Assembly: GCA_963719315.1 (NCBI GenBank)
Contig: CAVRBU010000002.1
Span: forward strand, 2,080,001 to 2,144,000
Reading direction: 5' to 3'
Source of the DNA: an uncultured Planctomycetota bacterium
Lineage (GTDB): Bacteria > Planctomycetota > Planctomycetia > Pirellulales > Lacipirellulaceae
DNA length: 64,000 bases
Shown piece by piece: positions 31,712 through 42,445 of this stretch. Both the position numbers and the translations under genes were made by a program. Position 1 is the first letter of the stretch, and every line of letters begins with the position of its first letter. The notes under the pieces are model-generated. The model saw only the letters and a program-made list of their open reading frames with translations. It did no database searches and had not been told where the DNA came from.

Positions 31712-33322
31712 CTATTTAGTTGCCTTGGGCGGCTCGAGCTCGTTGGCTTTCTTGCTGTATTCGGCGGCGAGATCGGTGCGGCCTAAAGCCTTCATGACCT
31801 CCGCCATGTGGCGGTAGGCACCAACGTGCTTGTTGTCGAACTCGAGCGCGGTAGCGTAGGACTCTGAGGCCTTCTGGTTGTCGCCCAACTTCTCGTCGGC
31901 CCGGCCGCGCTTGTAGTAGTACTCGGCGTTGGTCGGGTCGAGCCGGATGGCTTCGTCGAAATCGGAGACCGCCTTGTCGTATTCCCCGAGCGCCATGTAG
32001 GTCAATCCGCGATTGACGTAAGCCGGCGTGTACCGGTCGCTTACCGCGATGGCGTCGCCGTAGGCGCAAAGCGCCTTGTGATAGTCGCCTATCTTTGCCC
32101 AGGTGATGCCGGCCCATAGATTGGCCCGCGGATCATCGGCACTCATGTGGGCGGCCTGGTCGAAATCGGAGATGGCCATCTTGTCTTCGTTCAGTTTGTG
32201 AAAGCAGATTCCGCGACGGAAATAGGCATCGCCCATCTCGGGATTGAGTTCGATCGCCTCCGAAAATGTCTTGATGGCAGGCCCGTATTCGTCCAACATC
32301 CGTTCGGCGACTCCGCGGCTATAGAGCGTCGCCGCCCGCGCCTGGGCATACAGCGGATTTTTTTCTCCAAGTTGTTTGAGCAGCGCGTTTGCTGTGTTGA
32401 TCGCTGCGGTGAAGGCGGCCTTCCGCGTAGCATCGTCCTTCGCAGCTTTGCCGATCTCGACGTACGTCGAGGAAAGCGTCAAGTAGCCCTGCACGTAAGG
32501 CACATCTTCCTGACCTTCCTTGGGCTTATAGTGCTCGATGGCCTTCTTGAGTTGCTCGGCCGCCTTCTGGTAGTCTTCTTCGCGGAGATAAACGATGCCC
32601 AGCGTGAAATACGTTTCGTAACTCTCCGGATCGAGACTGATGGATTGATCCAGGTCTTCGACCGCCTCTTTGAACTTGTACGTTCCAGCATAGCCCGTGC
32701 CGCGGAGGCGGTAGGCTTCCGCGTTTTTAGGATCGGCCTCAATGACGCGGGTAAGCGGTTTAATGCCTTCATCGGCACGGCCGAGCGTGACCAGGGCCTT
32801 GCCGAGTCCGAACTGGGCCTCTGGATTTCCGCGCTCCGCCTTCGAGACAGCCTGAAAATCATTGAGGGCCAAGTCCGGCTGTCCGACTTCCAGATACACC
32901 TGACCGCGAGCAATCAAGGCGGGTATATTCTGCGGGTCGCTGTCGGTCACTTTTTTGAAGTCGTCGAGCGCAGCCTGATATTCTTTCAATCCAGCCAGCG
33001 CGCGACCTCGGCCGGTGTAGGCCAAAGGCAGAATGCGAAACGCGTCGGGCGAGGCGGATGACTCAGCGGCCAGGACCAGACTGTTGTAAGCGGTCAGCGC
33101 GGTCTCGAAATCGCCTGCCTTAATGGCGGCTTCGCCCTTGTCGATCACCTCTTTAGGATTGATTTGAGTTTGCTCGCCGGCCGCGGGCGTGCCGGTGGTG
33201 GAGTCAGTAGCCGCAGGCGGAGTTGTGTCTTGCGCAATGGCAACTCCGGAAAATAGCAGTGCGGCGGTCGTGCCGAGGACTGCTCCGAAAGACCGAGCGA
33301 GGTAACGAAATTCTACACGCAT
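31712..33322 (-). CDS. Exported tetratricopeptide-repeat protein
   Basis: Signal peptide; many TPR units (AYxxRG...A..DF..AI.LDP). Confidence 0.9.
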   Translation of the reverse strand: MRVEFRYLARSFGAVLGTTAALLFSGVAIAQDTTPPAATDSTTGTPAAGEQTQINPKEVIDKGEAAIKAGDFETALTAYNSLVLAAESSASPDAFRILPLAYTGRGRALAGLKEYQAALDDFKKVTDSDPQNIPALIARGQVYLEVGQPDLALNDFQAVSKAERGNPEAQFGLGKALVTLGRADEGIKPLTRVIEADPKNAEAYRLRGTGYAGTYKFKEAVEDLDQSISLDPESYETYFTLGIVYLREEDYQKAAEQLKKAIEHYKPKEGQEDVPYVQGYLTLSSTYVEIGKAAKDDATRKAAFTAAINTANALLKQLGEKNPLYAQARAATLYSRGVAERMLDEYGPAIKTFSEAIELNPEMGDAYFRRGICFHKLNEDKMAISDFDQAAHMSADDPRANLWAGITWAKIGDYHKALCAYGDAIAVSDRYTPAYVNRGLTYMALGEYDKAVSDFDEAIRLDPTNAEYYYKRGRADEKLGDNQKASESYATALEFDNKHVGAYRHMAEVMKALGRTDLAAEYSKKANELEPPKATK

Positions 33323-33705
33323 GGAGGGAACCCTTCTTGAATCAAAACGCTCACCGGCCCAGGGGTCGGGCGGCGGATAACGGTGGGCATATCGCGACCA
33401 ATAGACGAGGACGCCCGCGCGCGGGCGACCTCTCCATTTTACTCTTCGGACACAAACGGGGCAGGCGGCGAGATTGGCTAAAGAATCGGGGCTAGTCCGC
33501 TTATGCCGGGCGTAGCAGTGTCGTAAGTAGCGCCGCATACACCTGCCAGGTCGCACAAACAGTGTGGTGCGACACATGGTTTTGGCCACAATTGCGGCGG
33601 CGAGCCCAACAGACCCGAAAGTCGGTCGCCTTGCTGAGGAGGGCTAAAATCACTATGATTTTCGACAGGGGCGGGCGATTTTGTGCATTGTTCATCGGGG
33701 TTAGG

Positions 33706-33790
33706 ATAGGTCCCGCTTGCCGAGCGGGACCTTGGCGTCGTCGCAAAGTTCGATGATCCGCTAAGGTCCCTTCCGGTAGAAGGGACCTAC
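33706..33790. repeat. REPIN doublet, family A (opposite orientation) upstream of nuoA
   Basis: TAGGTCCCGCTTGCCGAGCGGGACCT ... AGGTCCCTTCCGGTAGAAGGGACCTAC. Confidence 0.88.
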
Positions 33791-33842
33791 TAGGGCAGCC
33801 TAGCCAGCCACCCAGATTTGTAGGGAGAGATAGGAAAGCATT

Positions 33843-34235
33843 GTGACGATTTCCCCGCTGTTGGTGTATATCCTGGTGCTGGTTGGGTTTGTGATCACCA
33901 ACCTGATTCTGGCCCATGTCGCCAGTCCACACAAAAAAACGGCTGTCAAGGAAATGCCCTATGAGTCGGGCATGGACCCGGTGGGCGACGCCCGGCAGCC
34001 GTTCGATGTGAAGTTTTACGTCGTGGCAATCCTGTTTCTGGTGTTCGACGTGGAGTTGTTGTTTCTATATCCTTGGGCCGTCGCGGCCTACGTGCCGACG
34101 GATGCGGCGAACGGGGCCGCGGGAATTCCTCAAGAACTAAGTGGCACGGTGTTCGCCGTGATGCTGGTGTTCATGGCGACGCTGGTGATCGCTTATATCT
34201 ATGCGTGGCGGAAGGGTGTGTTTCGATGGCGGTAG
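33843..34235 (+). CDS. nuoA: NADH-quinone oxidoreductase subunit A
   Basis: [28 protein letters not shown]. Confidence 0.95.
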   Translation: MTISPLLVYILVLVGFVITNLILAHVASPHKKTAVKEMPYESGMDPVGDARQPFDVKFYVVAILFLVFDVELLFLYPWAVAAYVPTDAANGAAGIPQELSGTVFAVMLVFMATLVIAYIYAWRKGVFRWR

Positions 34236-34828
34236 GCCTGCCGGAAAATGTGTTTCTCACCAAGCTGGACGCGGCCGCCAGTTGGGCCCGCTCCAACAGC
34301 TTGTGGCCCATGCCGTTCGCCACGGCTTGCTGCGGCATCGAACTGATGGCCACCGCGGCGTCGCGGCACGATATGGCCCGGTTCGGCGCCGAGGTGATGC
34401 GGTTCAGCCCACGGCAATGCGACCTCTTAATCGTGGCCGGACGAGTAGTGATGAAGATGTTGCCGGTGTTGCAGCGGATTTGGCTGCAGATGCCGGAGCC
34501 GAAGTGGTGCATTTCGATGGGCGCGTGCGCGTGCACGGGCGGCGTGTTCGATACTTACGCGGTCGTGCAAGGCGTGGATCGATTCATTCCGGTGGACATG
34601 TACGTGCCAGGCTGCCCGCCGCGGCCCGAGCAGTTGCTGGCCGCAATCATCGAGATGCAGGAAAAGATCATGCGGACCGGCACGCTCACCGGCCGCGAGT
34701 TCGCGAAACGCACCACTTCCGATGGGCCGCCGCCGTTTGATCGCGATGAAGTTCGCCGCTCGCAGGAAGCCACGGCGGTCCAAGGCCTCGAGATTTACAC
34801 GCCGCCACAGACGATAATATCGCCGTAA
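34226..34828 (+). CDS. nuoB: NADH-quinone oxidoreductase subunit B
   Basis: [27 protein letters not shown]. Confidence 0.96.
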   Translation: MAVGLPENVFLTKLDAAASWARSNSLWPMPFATACCGIELMATAASRHDMARFGAEVMRFSPRQCDLLIVAGRVVMKMLPVLQRIWLQMPEPKWCISMGACACTGGVFDTYAVVQGVDRFIPVDMYVPGCPPRPEQLLAAIIEMQEKIMRTGTLTGREFAKRTTSDGPPPFDRDEVRRSQEATAVQGLEIYTPPQTIISP

Positions 34829-34871
34829 AGCTGAAGGCGAAGTTCTCTCGCGGATGCGCAGAGTGAGGGAA

Positions 34872-34930
34872 CACTAATCTTCGCTAATTCTCGCTAATTC
34901 TTATTAGTGTTGATTAGCGAAGATTAGCGT
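34872..34930. repeat. Decamer-repeat hairpin (TTCGCTAATT / ATTAGCGAAG)
   Basis: cactaatcttcgctaattctcgctaat ... attagtgttgattagcgaagattagcg in the nuoB-nuoC spacer. Confidence 0.7.
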
Positions 34931-34960
34931 TCCAAAAAACATTGGATAGTTGCCGCCACG

Positions 34961-35452
34961 ATGCTCGACCTGAAATCCCTTCACGACCACTTCGGCTACG
35001 ACATTACGGAGTCGAACTTCCGCGACAATCGTCGGATACTTGTGCCTAGTGGCAAAGTCTATTTCGTGTTGGAGTACCTGTGGCGCGATCGCGGCTTCGA
35101 CATGCTCGTCGAGATGACGGCCGCGGATTATCTCGAGTACCCTGACGCCACCGATCGGTTCGGCGTGATGTACGTGCTGCTCAACACGATGAGCGGCGAG
35201 CGGGTGATCGTGAAAACGCATCTCAATCTGCCGGACGCGGAGTTGCCCTCGGTGTATCCGTTGTGGCACTCGGCGGATTGGATGGAGCGCGAGATTTACG
35301 ATATGTTTGGGATCACGTTCGAAGGCCATCCCGATTTGAGGCGGATCTTGATGCCGGAAGAATTCACGGCCTATCCACTTCGCAAGGATTACCCGCTCAA
35401 AGGCCGCGGCGAGCGACACAATTTCCCCGTGATTACAAGGGCCGAAAGTTAA
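34961..35452 (+). CDS. nuoC: NADH-quinone oxidoreductase subunit C
   Basis: [34 protein letters not shown]. Confidence 0.95.
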   Translation: MLDLKSLHDHFGYDITESNFRDNRRILVPSGKVYFVLEYLWRDRGFDMLVEMTAADYLEYPDATDRFGVMYVLLNTMSGERVIVKTHLNLPDAELPSVYPLWHSADWMEREIYDMFGITFEGHPDLRRILMPEEFTAYPLRKDYPLKGRGERHNFPVITRAES

Positions 35453-35455
35453 AAA

Positions 35456-35542
<87 letters not shown>

Positions 35543-35547
35543 TTTTG

Positions 35548-36768
35548 ATGCCCCTAACACTCGCCGACACCCTGCCGACCGACACGAACGAGCACGAGTA
35601 TTTGTGGACGCTCAACTTCGGTCCGCAGCACCCGGCGACTCATACGACGCTGCGACTGGTGCTGACGCTCGATGGCGAGAAGGTCGTCGATGCGGTGCCG
35701 CATATCGGCTACTTGCACAGTGGCTTCGAGAAGCTCGGCGAACACCTCGACTTCAATCAATACGTGACGATTGTCGACCGGATGAATTACATTTCACCCG
35801 TCGCGAATGAAATCGCCTGGCATCATACGGTCGAGAAGTTGATCGGCGTCGAACTGACGCCGCGGTGCAAATACCTGCGAACGATCTTGGCCGAGTTGAT
35901 GCGGCTGCACGATCACCTGCTGAACGTGGGCACGGCAGCACTCGACCTGGGCGCGTTCACGGCGTTCTTGTACGGCTTTCAGCAACGTGAGAACATTTAC
36001 GACATCGTCGAGTACGCCTCCGGCCAGCGGTTTCATGCGAGCTACACGCGCGTAGGCGGTGTCTTGTTCGATGTCAATAACGCCTGGATCGAGCGGGTAC
36101 GGAAATTCGTCAAGGAAATGCCGGCCACGCTTGAAGAGATTGACGACCTGCTCACCCGCAATCGAATTTTCATTGACCGTACGAAGGGCATCGGCGTGCT
36201 GACGAAAGCCGATGCCATCAACTACGGCGCCACGGGACCCATCGCGCGGGCCAGCGGCGTGGTGCGCGATCTGCGCAAAGATGAGCCGTACTTGGCGTAT
36301 CCCGAGCTCGATTTCAAAGTGGTCTGCTCGGAAGCCGGCGATTGCTATGCCCGCTATTTGTGCCGGATGCGCGAGATGGCCGAAAGCCTCAAGATTCTCG
36401 AGCAGGCGATTGAAAACATTCCAGGCGGGCCGGTCAACGTCGATGCGAAGACCGATATGGTGCTGCCGGCGAAACCAGCCGTGTATCGCAGCATTGAAGG
36501 ATTGATTCAACACTTCGAAGTGCTGATGCCGAATCGCGGTTATGATGTGCCGTGCGAAGAGTTGTACGCGGCGACGGAATCGCCGAACGGCGAGTTGGGC
36601 TTTTACATCGTCGCGGACGGCAATGTTCGGGCGTATCGAGCCCGCACGCGCCCGCCGTCGTACATCCACTTCGCGATGTTACCCCACATGATTCGCGGAT
36701 ATCAATTGAGCGATATGGTCGCAATCCTCGGCAGCATCAACATCATCGCGGCCGAATTGGATCGATAA
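35548..36768 (+). CDS. nuoD: NADH-quinone oxidoreductase subunit D
   Basis: NFGPQHPATH, GYLHSGFEK, DRMNY, ESPNGELG, AELDR. Confidence 0.96.
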   Translation: MPLTLADTLPTDTNEHEYLWTLNFGPQHPATHTTLRLVLTLDGEKVVDAVPHIGYLHSGFEKLGEHLDFNQYVTIVDRMNYISPVANEIAWHHTVEKLIGVELTPRCKYLRTILAELMRLHDHLLNVGTAALDLGAFTAFLYGFQQRENIYDIVEYASGQRFHASYTRVGGVLFDVNNAWIERVRKFVKEMPATLEEIDDLLTRNRIFIDRTKGIGVLTKADAINYGATGPIARASGVVRDLRKDEPYLAYPELDFKVVCSEAGDCYARYLCRMREMAESLKILEQAIENIPGGPVNVDAKTDMVLPAKPAVYRSIEGLIQHFEVLMPNRGYDVPCEELYAATESPNGELGFYIVADGNVRAYRARTRPPSYIHFAMLPHMIRGYQLSDMVAILGSINIIAAELDR

Positions 36769-36772
36769 GGAA

Positions 36773-36876
36773 GGTGTCAGGTTTCGGGTGTCCGGTGTCA
36801 GAATTCGGCACCTGACACCTGACACCTGACACCTGACACCTGACACCTGACACCTGACACCTGACACCTGACACCT
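36773..36876. repeat. Heptamer-repeat hairpin, (CACCTGA)x9 plus inverted GGTGTCA copies
   Basis: Nine perfect units at 36809-36871 plus a partial unit abutting the nuoE ATG. Confidence 0.92.
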
Positions 36877-37350
36877 ATGCCAGTACTAACTGAAGAGCTA
36901 CGCGAAAGAATCCGGGCCGAGTTCCCGAAATACCCCGACAAACGGGCCGTGACGCTGCCTGCGCTGCATATCGTGCACGAAGCGTTTCGGGCTGTGTCGC
37001 CCGAGGCGATGAAGGAGATTGCGGAACTACTGGAGCTGCATCCTGCGGAAGTTTACGACACGATGTCGTTCTACGGTTTCTTTCGCGATCCTGAGCATCC
37101 AATGGGGAAGCAGCGGGTGTGGGTCTGCCGCAGCATCTCTTGCATGTTGCGCGGGGGCGAAGAATTGCTGGCCGGCTTGAGCCAGCGACTTGGTGTGCAC
37201 GTTGGTGAGACAACGAGTGATGGCCGCGTGACTCTCGAATTCGCTGAGTGCTTAGGCGCGTGCGAAGGCGCGCCGTGCGTGCTGGTGAACGACGAATGTC
37301 ATATGAATATGACGGAAGAGTCGGCAGAAAAATTAATTGAACGGGTTTAA
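36877..37350 (+). CDS. nuoE: NADH-quinone oxidoreductase subunit E
   Basis: VCRSISCMLRG, ECLGACEGAP. Confidence 0.95.
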   Translation: MPVLTEELRERIRAEFPKYPDKRAVTLPALHIVHEAFRAVSPEAMKEIAELLELHPAEVYDTMSFYGFFRDPEHPMGKQRVWVCRSISCMLRGGEELLAGLSQRLGVHVGETTSDGRVTLEFAECLGACEGAPCVLVNDECHMNMTEESAEKLIERV

Positions 37351-37369
37351 CTATTTGCATCGGATCGGA

Positions 37370-37450
37370 GATTGAAAAATGCAAATTGCAAATTGAAAAA
37401 GCCCGATGCGGAGTCTTCAATTTTCATTTTTCATTTTGCAGTTTCGTTTG
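37370..37450. repeat. Heptamer-repeat hairpin (TTGCAAA / TTTTCAT)
   Basis: attgaaaaatgcaaattgcaaattgaaa ... ttcaattttcatttttcattttgca. Confidence 0.75.
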
Positions 37451-37471
37451 CCCAACGGTAACGCCACCAAA

Positions 37472-38806
37472 ATGCCCACCTTCGAACCTGTACTTCTGAA
37501 GCGGATCGACAAGCCGAATAGCACGGCGCTGGCCGGCTATCGGGCCGACGGCGGCTACGAAGCGCTGCAGAAGGCGCTCAAAATGGCGCCGGATGAGTTG
37601 ACGAACCTCGTCAAGGATTCGGGGCTGCGTGGCCGCGGCGGCGCCGGGTTCTCGGCGGGGGCCAAGTGGAGCTTCTTGCCTAAGAACCATCCGGGTCCGA
37701 TTTATCTCTGCGTCAACGCGGATGAGAGTGAGCCGGGCACGTTCAATAACCGCATCTTGATGGAGCAAGATCCGCACCAGTTGCTCGAAGGCATCGCCAT
37801 TTGTTGCCATGCGATTCGCTCGCAGGCGGCGTACATTTATTTGCGTTACGAATATGGTCGCAGTTACCGTGTGTTGGACGCGGCAATAAAAGAGTGTTAC
37901 TCCGCCGGAATACTAGGCGACAACGTCTTGGGCACGGGCGAAAAGTTCAACGTATTTTTGCACCGTGGCGCGGGGGCGTACATCTGCGGCGAAGAGACCG
38001 GGCTGATCGAAAGCCTCGAAGGCAAACGAGCCTGGCCTCGGATCAAGCCGCCTTACCCTGCGATTGAAGGCCTGTTTCGCAAGCCGACGATCGTGAACAA
38101 CGTCGAAACGCTCTGCTGCGTGACGCACATTCTGCACCGTGGTGTCGAGTGGTTCAAATCGATGGGCGTGCCGCCCGATCCCAACAACAAACGCGACCAG
38201 GGCAGCTATGGGCCGAAGCTCTATTGCATCAGCGGGCATGTGAACAAACCGTGTTGCGTCGAGTTGCCGCTGGGCGTGACGGCCCGCGAGTTGATCGACG
38301 TCCACGGCGGCGGAGTGTGGAAGGGCCGCAAAGCGAAGGCCGTAGTGCCGGGCGGCATCAGCATGGGCTTTTTGTCTGCAAACGAACTGGAAACCAAGTT
38401 GGACTTCGAGGGTCCGGGCAAAGTTGGTTGCCTAGGCTTAGGGACGGCGGCCGTCGTGGTGATCGACGACCACACCAACATGGTCGACGTGCTCTACAAC
38501 TGCTGCCGGTTTATGTCGCACGAATCATGCGGACAATGCACGCCGTGCCGCGAAGGCACCGCCTGGATGACAAAGATTTTAGAACGCATACGCAGCGGCC
38601 GCGGCAAGCTGGAAGACATCGATCTACTGCACGAGGTGGCCGCGTCGATGGGCATCATCCCCGGCACGACGATCTGCGGATTGGCCGACGGAGCCGCCTG
38701 GCCAGTGAAGAATGCGATCACGAAGTTCCGCGGCGAGTTCGAAGATTATATCCGCAGCGGCCGGCAATCGACTACTTCGGCGAAGGAGTTAATGGCGGCG
38801 CATTAA
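37472..38806 (+). CDS. nuoF: NADH-quinone oxidoreductase subunit F
   Basis: SGLRGRGGAGF, NADESEPGT, GAGAYICGEETG, ESCGQCTPCREG. Confidence 0.96.
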   Translation: MPTFEPVLLKRIDKPNSTALAGYRADGGYEALQKALKMAPDELTNLVKDSGLRGRGGAGFSAGAKWSFLPKNHPGPIYLCVNADESEPGTFNNRILMEQDPHQLLEGIAICCHAIRSQAAYIYLRYEYGRSYRVLDAAIKECYSAGILGDNVLGTGEKFNVFLHRGAGAYICGEETGLIESLEGKRAWPRIKPPYPAIEGLFRKPTIVNNVETLCCVTHILHRGVEWFKSMGVPPDPNNKRDQGSYGPKLYCISGHVNKPCCVELPLGVTARELIDVHGGGVWKGRKAKAVVPGGISMGFLSANELETKLDFEGPGKVGCLGLGTAAVVVIDDHTNMVDVLYNCCRFMSHESCGQCTPCREGTAWMTKILERIRSGRGKLEDIDLLHEVAASMGIIPGTTICGLADGAAWPVKNAITKFRGEFEDYIRSGRQSTTSAKELMAAH

Positions 38807-38811
38807 GGAGG

Positions 38812-38858
38812 GAGGAGCGAGAGGCGAGTATCTTAAATCCTCGATCCTCGATCCTCGC
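38812..38858. repeat. Heptamer-repeat hairpin (GAGCGAG / ATCCTCG)
   Basis: gagcgagaggcgag ... atcctcgatcctcgatcctcg. Confidence 0.7.
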
Positions 38859-38869
38859 AACCAACACAT

Positions 38870-40513
38870 ATGCCAACAGTTTACGTGAATAACGAGCCGG
38901 TCGAATTCGGGGCCGAGGAAAAGCTCAATTGCATCCAGGCGGCGCAGCGCGTCGGCGAGGAAATTCCGAGTTATTGTTGGCATCCGTCGCTTTCAGTCGT
39001 GGCCAGTTGCCGAATGTGCCTCGTCGAGATCGGCCAGAAAAAGCCGGATGGCTCGATCGCGATGCAGCCGAAGTTGATTCCAGGCTGCCAAACGCCCGTG
39101 ACCGACGGCATGGTGATCGTCTCCGATAGCGAGAAAGTGAAGTCCGCTCAAAAAGCGACACTGGAATATCTTCTCTTGGATCATCCGCTCGATTGCCCGA
39201 CGTGCGACCAGGCGGGTGAATGCTTTTTGCAAGACTATAGTTATAAATATGGCCGCGGCTACAGCCGCTTGCAGGAGCCGAAGGAGCAGCCGCCGGACAA
39301 GAACTATATCGGCGAGCAGATCACGCTCTTCACCGATCGTTGCATCATGTGCACCCGGTGCGTGCGATTTACCCGCGAGATCAGTGGGACAGCCGAACTA
39401 ACCGTGATTGATCGCGGCAATCACTCGGAGATCGATATTTTCCCCGGCACGCCCTGCGACAACAAGCTGGCCGGCAACGTGGTGGATTTGTGCCCGGTCG
39501 GCGCGCTGTGCAGCAAAGATTTCCTGTACAAGCAGCGCGTGTGGTGGCTGAAGACGGCCAACAGCGTCTGCCCGAATTGCAGTACGGGTTGCAGTGTGTA
39601 TGCGGATGAGAGCGAGGACCGTGTCTATCGATTGCGGCCGCGCGGGAATCCGCTGGCACAGGGCGACTTCATGTGCGACGAAGGCCGCTTCGGTTGGAAG
39701 TATATTCACGGCGAAGAGCGGCTGCTGTTGCCCGAGCAGCGCAGCGGCGGCAAGCTCGTCTCGCGAGATTGGGATGTGGTATTGCCGGCAGCGCGGGCGG
39801 CGCTCGTCGATGCGGCTACGCGCGGGGAGGATGCTATCGCGGCCGTGTTGTCGCCCTGGATGACGCTCGAAGAAGCATACCTCTTGGTGAGCTATTTGAA
39901 GTCGCTCGCGCCGAAACTGGCGCTCGCGATGGGTCCGGTGCATACCCTCGGCGAAGACGATAAGTATCCGAAGGACGTGAACGGCCGGCCGATGGAGCCG
40001 ACAAAATTCACGATTCGCGCCGAAAAATGCCCTAACCGCCGCGGCGTGGAAATGGTCCTGCGCCACTTCGGCGGCGACGTGATGCCGATGGGCGACGTAT
40101 TGGGCCGTGCGAGCAGCGGCGCCTTCGCGGCCATGTATTTGGTCGGCGGCGATCCGGAAGGTTGGATCAACGAAGCGCAAGCGGCGGCACTCGACAAAGT
40201 CGGCACCGTCATCGTGCAGGATATCTTGCGATCCCCCGCGAGTCGCCGGGCCACGTTTGTGTTCGCGGGAGGATCATTCGCCGAGCGCGATGGCACGTTT
40301 GTAAACCACTCGGGGCTTGCGCAAGAAATCCACAAGGCGATTCGTTCGCCGGGTGAGGCCAAACCGGACGGCCGCATCCTGTGGGATCTGGCCGAGCGCA
40401 GTGGGTTGCTAAATGTCGCGGCGGTTCGGCGCGAGATGGCAGGGGCAATTGAAGCATTGCGGCCACTGGCCGTGGCCGCATTGGGAGATCAAGGAATTCG
40501 GCTGAGTACTTAG
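38870..40513 (+). CDS. nuoG: NADH-quinone oxidoreductase subunit G (short form)
   Basis: CWHP..SCRMC, HPLDCPTCDQAGEC, RCIMCTRCVRF, CPVGAL, CPNCSTGC. Confidence 0.93.
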   Translation: MPTVYVNNEPVEFGAEEKLNCIQAAQRVGEEIPSYCWHPSLSVVASCRMCLVEIGQKKPDGSIAMQPKLIPGCQTPVTDGMVIVSDSEKVKSAQKATLEYLLLDHPLDCPTCDQAGECFLQDYSYKYGRGYSRLQEPKEQPPDKNYIGEQITLFTDRCIMCTRCVRFTREISGTAELTVIDRGNHSEIDIFPGTPCDNKLAGNVVDLCPVGALCSKDFLYKQRVWWLKTANSVCPNCSTGCSVYADESEDRVYRLRPRGNPLAQGDFMCDEGRFGWKYIHGEERLLLPEQRSGGKLVSRDWDVVLPAARAALVDAATRGEDAIAAVLSPWMTLEEAYLLVSYLKSLAPKLALAMGPVHTLGEDDKYPKDVNGRPMEPTKFTIRAEKCPNRRGVEMVLRHFGGDVMPMGDVLGRASSGAFAAMYLVGGDPEGWINEAQAAALDKVGTVIVQDILRSPASRRATFVFAGGSFAERDGTFVNHSGLAQEIHKAIRSPGEAKPDGRILWDLAERSGLLNVAAVRREMAGAIEALRPLAVAALGDQGIRLST

Positions 40514-40550
40514 AGCTGACGTACGCAGTACAGTCTCCTGCCGCTAGAAC

Positions 40551-41702
40551 ATGAATATGAACGAACTCATAACAACGCTGATCACCATCGCCGTCGTCCT
40601 GGGCGTTATTCTCACGGGTTGCATGTACCTGGTGCTGGCCGAGCGGAAGGTCTCGGCCTGGATGCAGGATCGGATCGGGCCGAACCGCGTTGGGCCGTAC
40701 GGCTTGTTTCAGCCCGTAGCGGACGGCATCAAGATTCTGCTCAAAGAGGGCATCATCCCCTCGCACGTCGATAAGGGTCTGTTTCTGATCGCGCCGGCGA
40801 TCAGCATGTTCACCACAATGCTGGCATTTGCAGTAGTACCGTTCGGGCCGGTGGATCAAGCGCCAAACTGGCTGCGGTTCATTATCGCGCCGCATCTCGA
40901 TATCGGCATCGTGTTCATCTTCGCGGTCGGCAGTCTGGCCGTTTACGGCGTGATCTTGGGCGGCTGGGCGTCGAACAACAAATACAGCGCGCTGGGCTCG
41001 CTGCGGGCCAGCGCCCAGGTGATTAGCTACGAAATTCCGCTGGGAATGAGTGTGCTCGGCGTCGTGCTGATGAGCGGCACGCTCAACCTTGAGAAGATTC
41101 TAGAGCAGCAGGCGGCCGGCGGCATCAGGCATTGGAACATCTGGTATCAGCCGCTGGCGGCTTTGATTTTCTATGTGAGCTCGCTGGCTGAATCGAATCG
41201 ATTACCGTTCGACCTGTCGGAATGCGAGCAGGAGCTCGTCGGCGGCTACCATACCGAATACGGCGGTTTACGAATGGTGTTGTTTTTCGTCGGCGAGTAC
41301 ACGCATCTCATCACGATCAGCTTCCTGACAGCGATCCTATTCTTCGGCGGCTGGAATTTTCCGTGGATCGCGACGCCGCAGAGTGTTTATTTCGGCGCCT
41401 GGCTGGTGAAGCTCTTGGTGCTGCTCGCCAAGGTGACTTTCAGCATCTTCCTGATCATGCTCATTCGCTGGACGATTCCGCGGTTCCGCTTCGATCAGTT
41501 GATGGAGCTCACGTGGAAAGTGTTCCTGCCGCTATCGCTCGCGAACATCGTGGTGGTGATGACCGTCTTGCAATTTGGAATCAACAAATACGCGCTCTTT
41601 CCGATTTCGCTGGTGCTATTCGCGCTGTTCGGTTTCTTCACCGTGACATCGAAACAAATGGAAATCAAACGCCGGCGCCGAGCGTCGCTGGCAATGCGGT
41701 AG
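40551..41702 (+). CDS. nuoH: NADH-quinone oxidoreductase subunit H
   Basis: AERKVSAWMQDRIGPNRVGPYGL, SNNKYS, NRLPFDL.E.EQEL, PRFRFDQLM. Confidence 0.96.
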   Translation: MNMNELITTLITIAVVLGVILTGCMYLVLAERKVSAWMQDRIGPNRVGPYGLFQPVADGIKILLKEGIIPSHVDKGLFLIAPAISMFTTMLAFAVVPFGPVDQAPNWLRFIIAPHLDIGIVFIFAVGSLAVYGVILGGWASNNKYSALGSLRASAQVISYEIPLGMSVLGVVLMSGTLNLEKILEQQAAGGIRHWNIWYQPLAALIFYVSSLAESNRLPFDLSECEQELVGGYHTEYGGLRMVLFFVGEYTHLITISFLTAILFFGGWNFPWIATPQSVYFGAWLVKLLVLLAKVTFSIFLIMLIRWTIPRFRFDQLMELTWKVFLPLSLANIVVVMTVLQFGINKYALFPISLVLFALFGFFTVTSKQMEIKRRRRASLAMR

Positions 41703-41769
41703 GTCGGGATTCAGCCTGACATGGTCGTAATTACGAATGCGAAGAGCGTCAGCCTAAAGGCTGACGTAC
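41699..41769. repeat. REPIN doublet, family D; its GTAG supplies the nuoH stop codon
   Basis: gtaggtcgggattcagcctgac ... gtcagcctaaaggctgacgtac. Confidence 0.75.
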
Positions 41770-41774
41770 AATCA

Positions 41775-42445
41775 ATGCCAATCAACCCAAAAGATGTGAC
41801 CTGGATCACCGAGCCCGAGATCGGCTTCTGGGAAGCCACGTTCCTGCCGGCCATTATGATGGGCCTCAAGACCACGCTGGGTCACGTCACCGACTATCGC
41901 CCGGTCACGCAACAGTACCCGGAACAAAAGCCGATCCTACCGCAGCACTATCGCGGCGTGCATCGGCTTAATCGGGATGAGCAGGGCCGCGTGAAGTGTG
42001 TGGCCTGCATGTTGTGCGCGACGGCCTGCCCGGCGAATTGCATCGCGATCGAGGCGGCGCCGCCCCGCCAGATTGGCCCGACCGCGATAAGTTCCCGGCC
42101 GAGTTCGTACTCGATGAGCTCCGTTGCATCTACTGCGGTATGTGCGAGGAGGCCTGCCCGGTCGATGCGATCGAGTTGACGCACATCTACGATATGACGA
42201 GCGAGACCCGCGCGGCGATGGTTTTTAACAAGGACGCTCTGCTCGCGATCTACGACAAGACGAAAGATAACCCGGTCGACCCAGTGCGAACGCGGCGCGG
42301 TCGATTGGGGCCCGCCGCCGATTTTCAGGACTTGGCTACGCTCGGTCCCGCCACGACGGTCGAGCGAGACGACCGGTCCGCCAAGGCCACATCGCCGGGC
42401 GTCATCGGTGCGCCGCCGCCCCCGGTGAGGAACGCGGCGCCTTGA
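41775..42445 (+). CDS. nuoI: NADH-quinone oxidoreductase subunit I (frameshift near 42060)
   Basis: CVACMLCATACP in the first frame and RCIYCGMCEEACPVDAI in the second. Confidence 0.93.
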
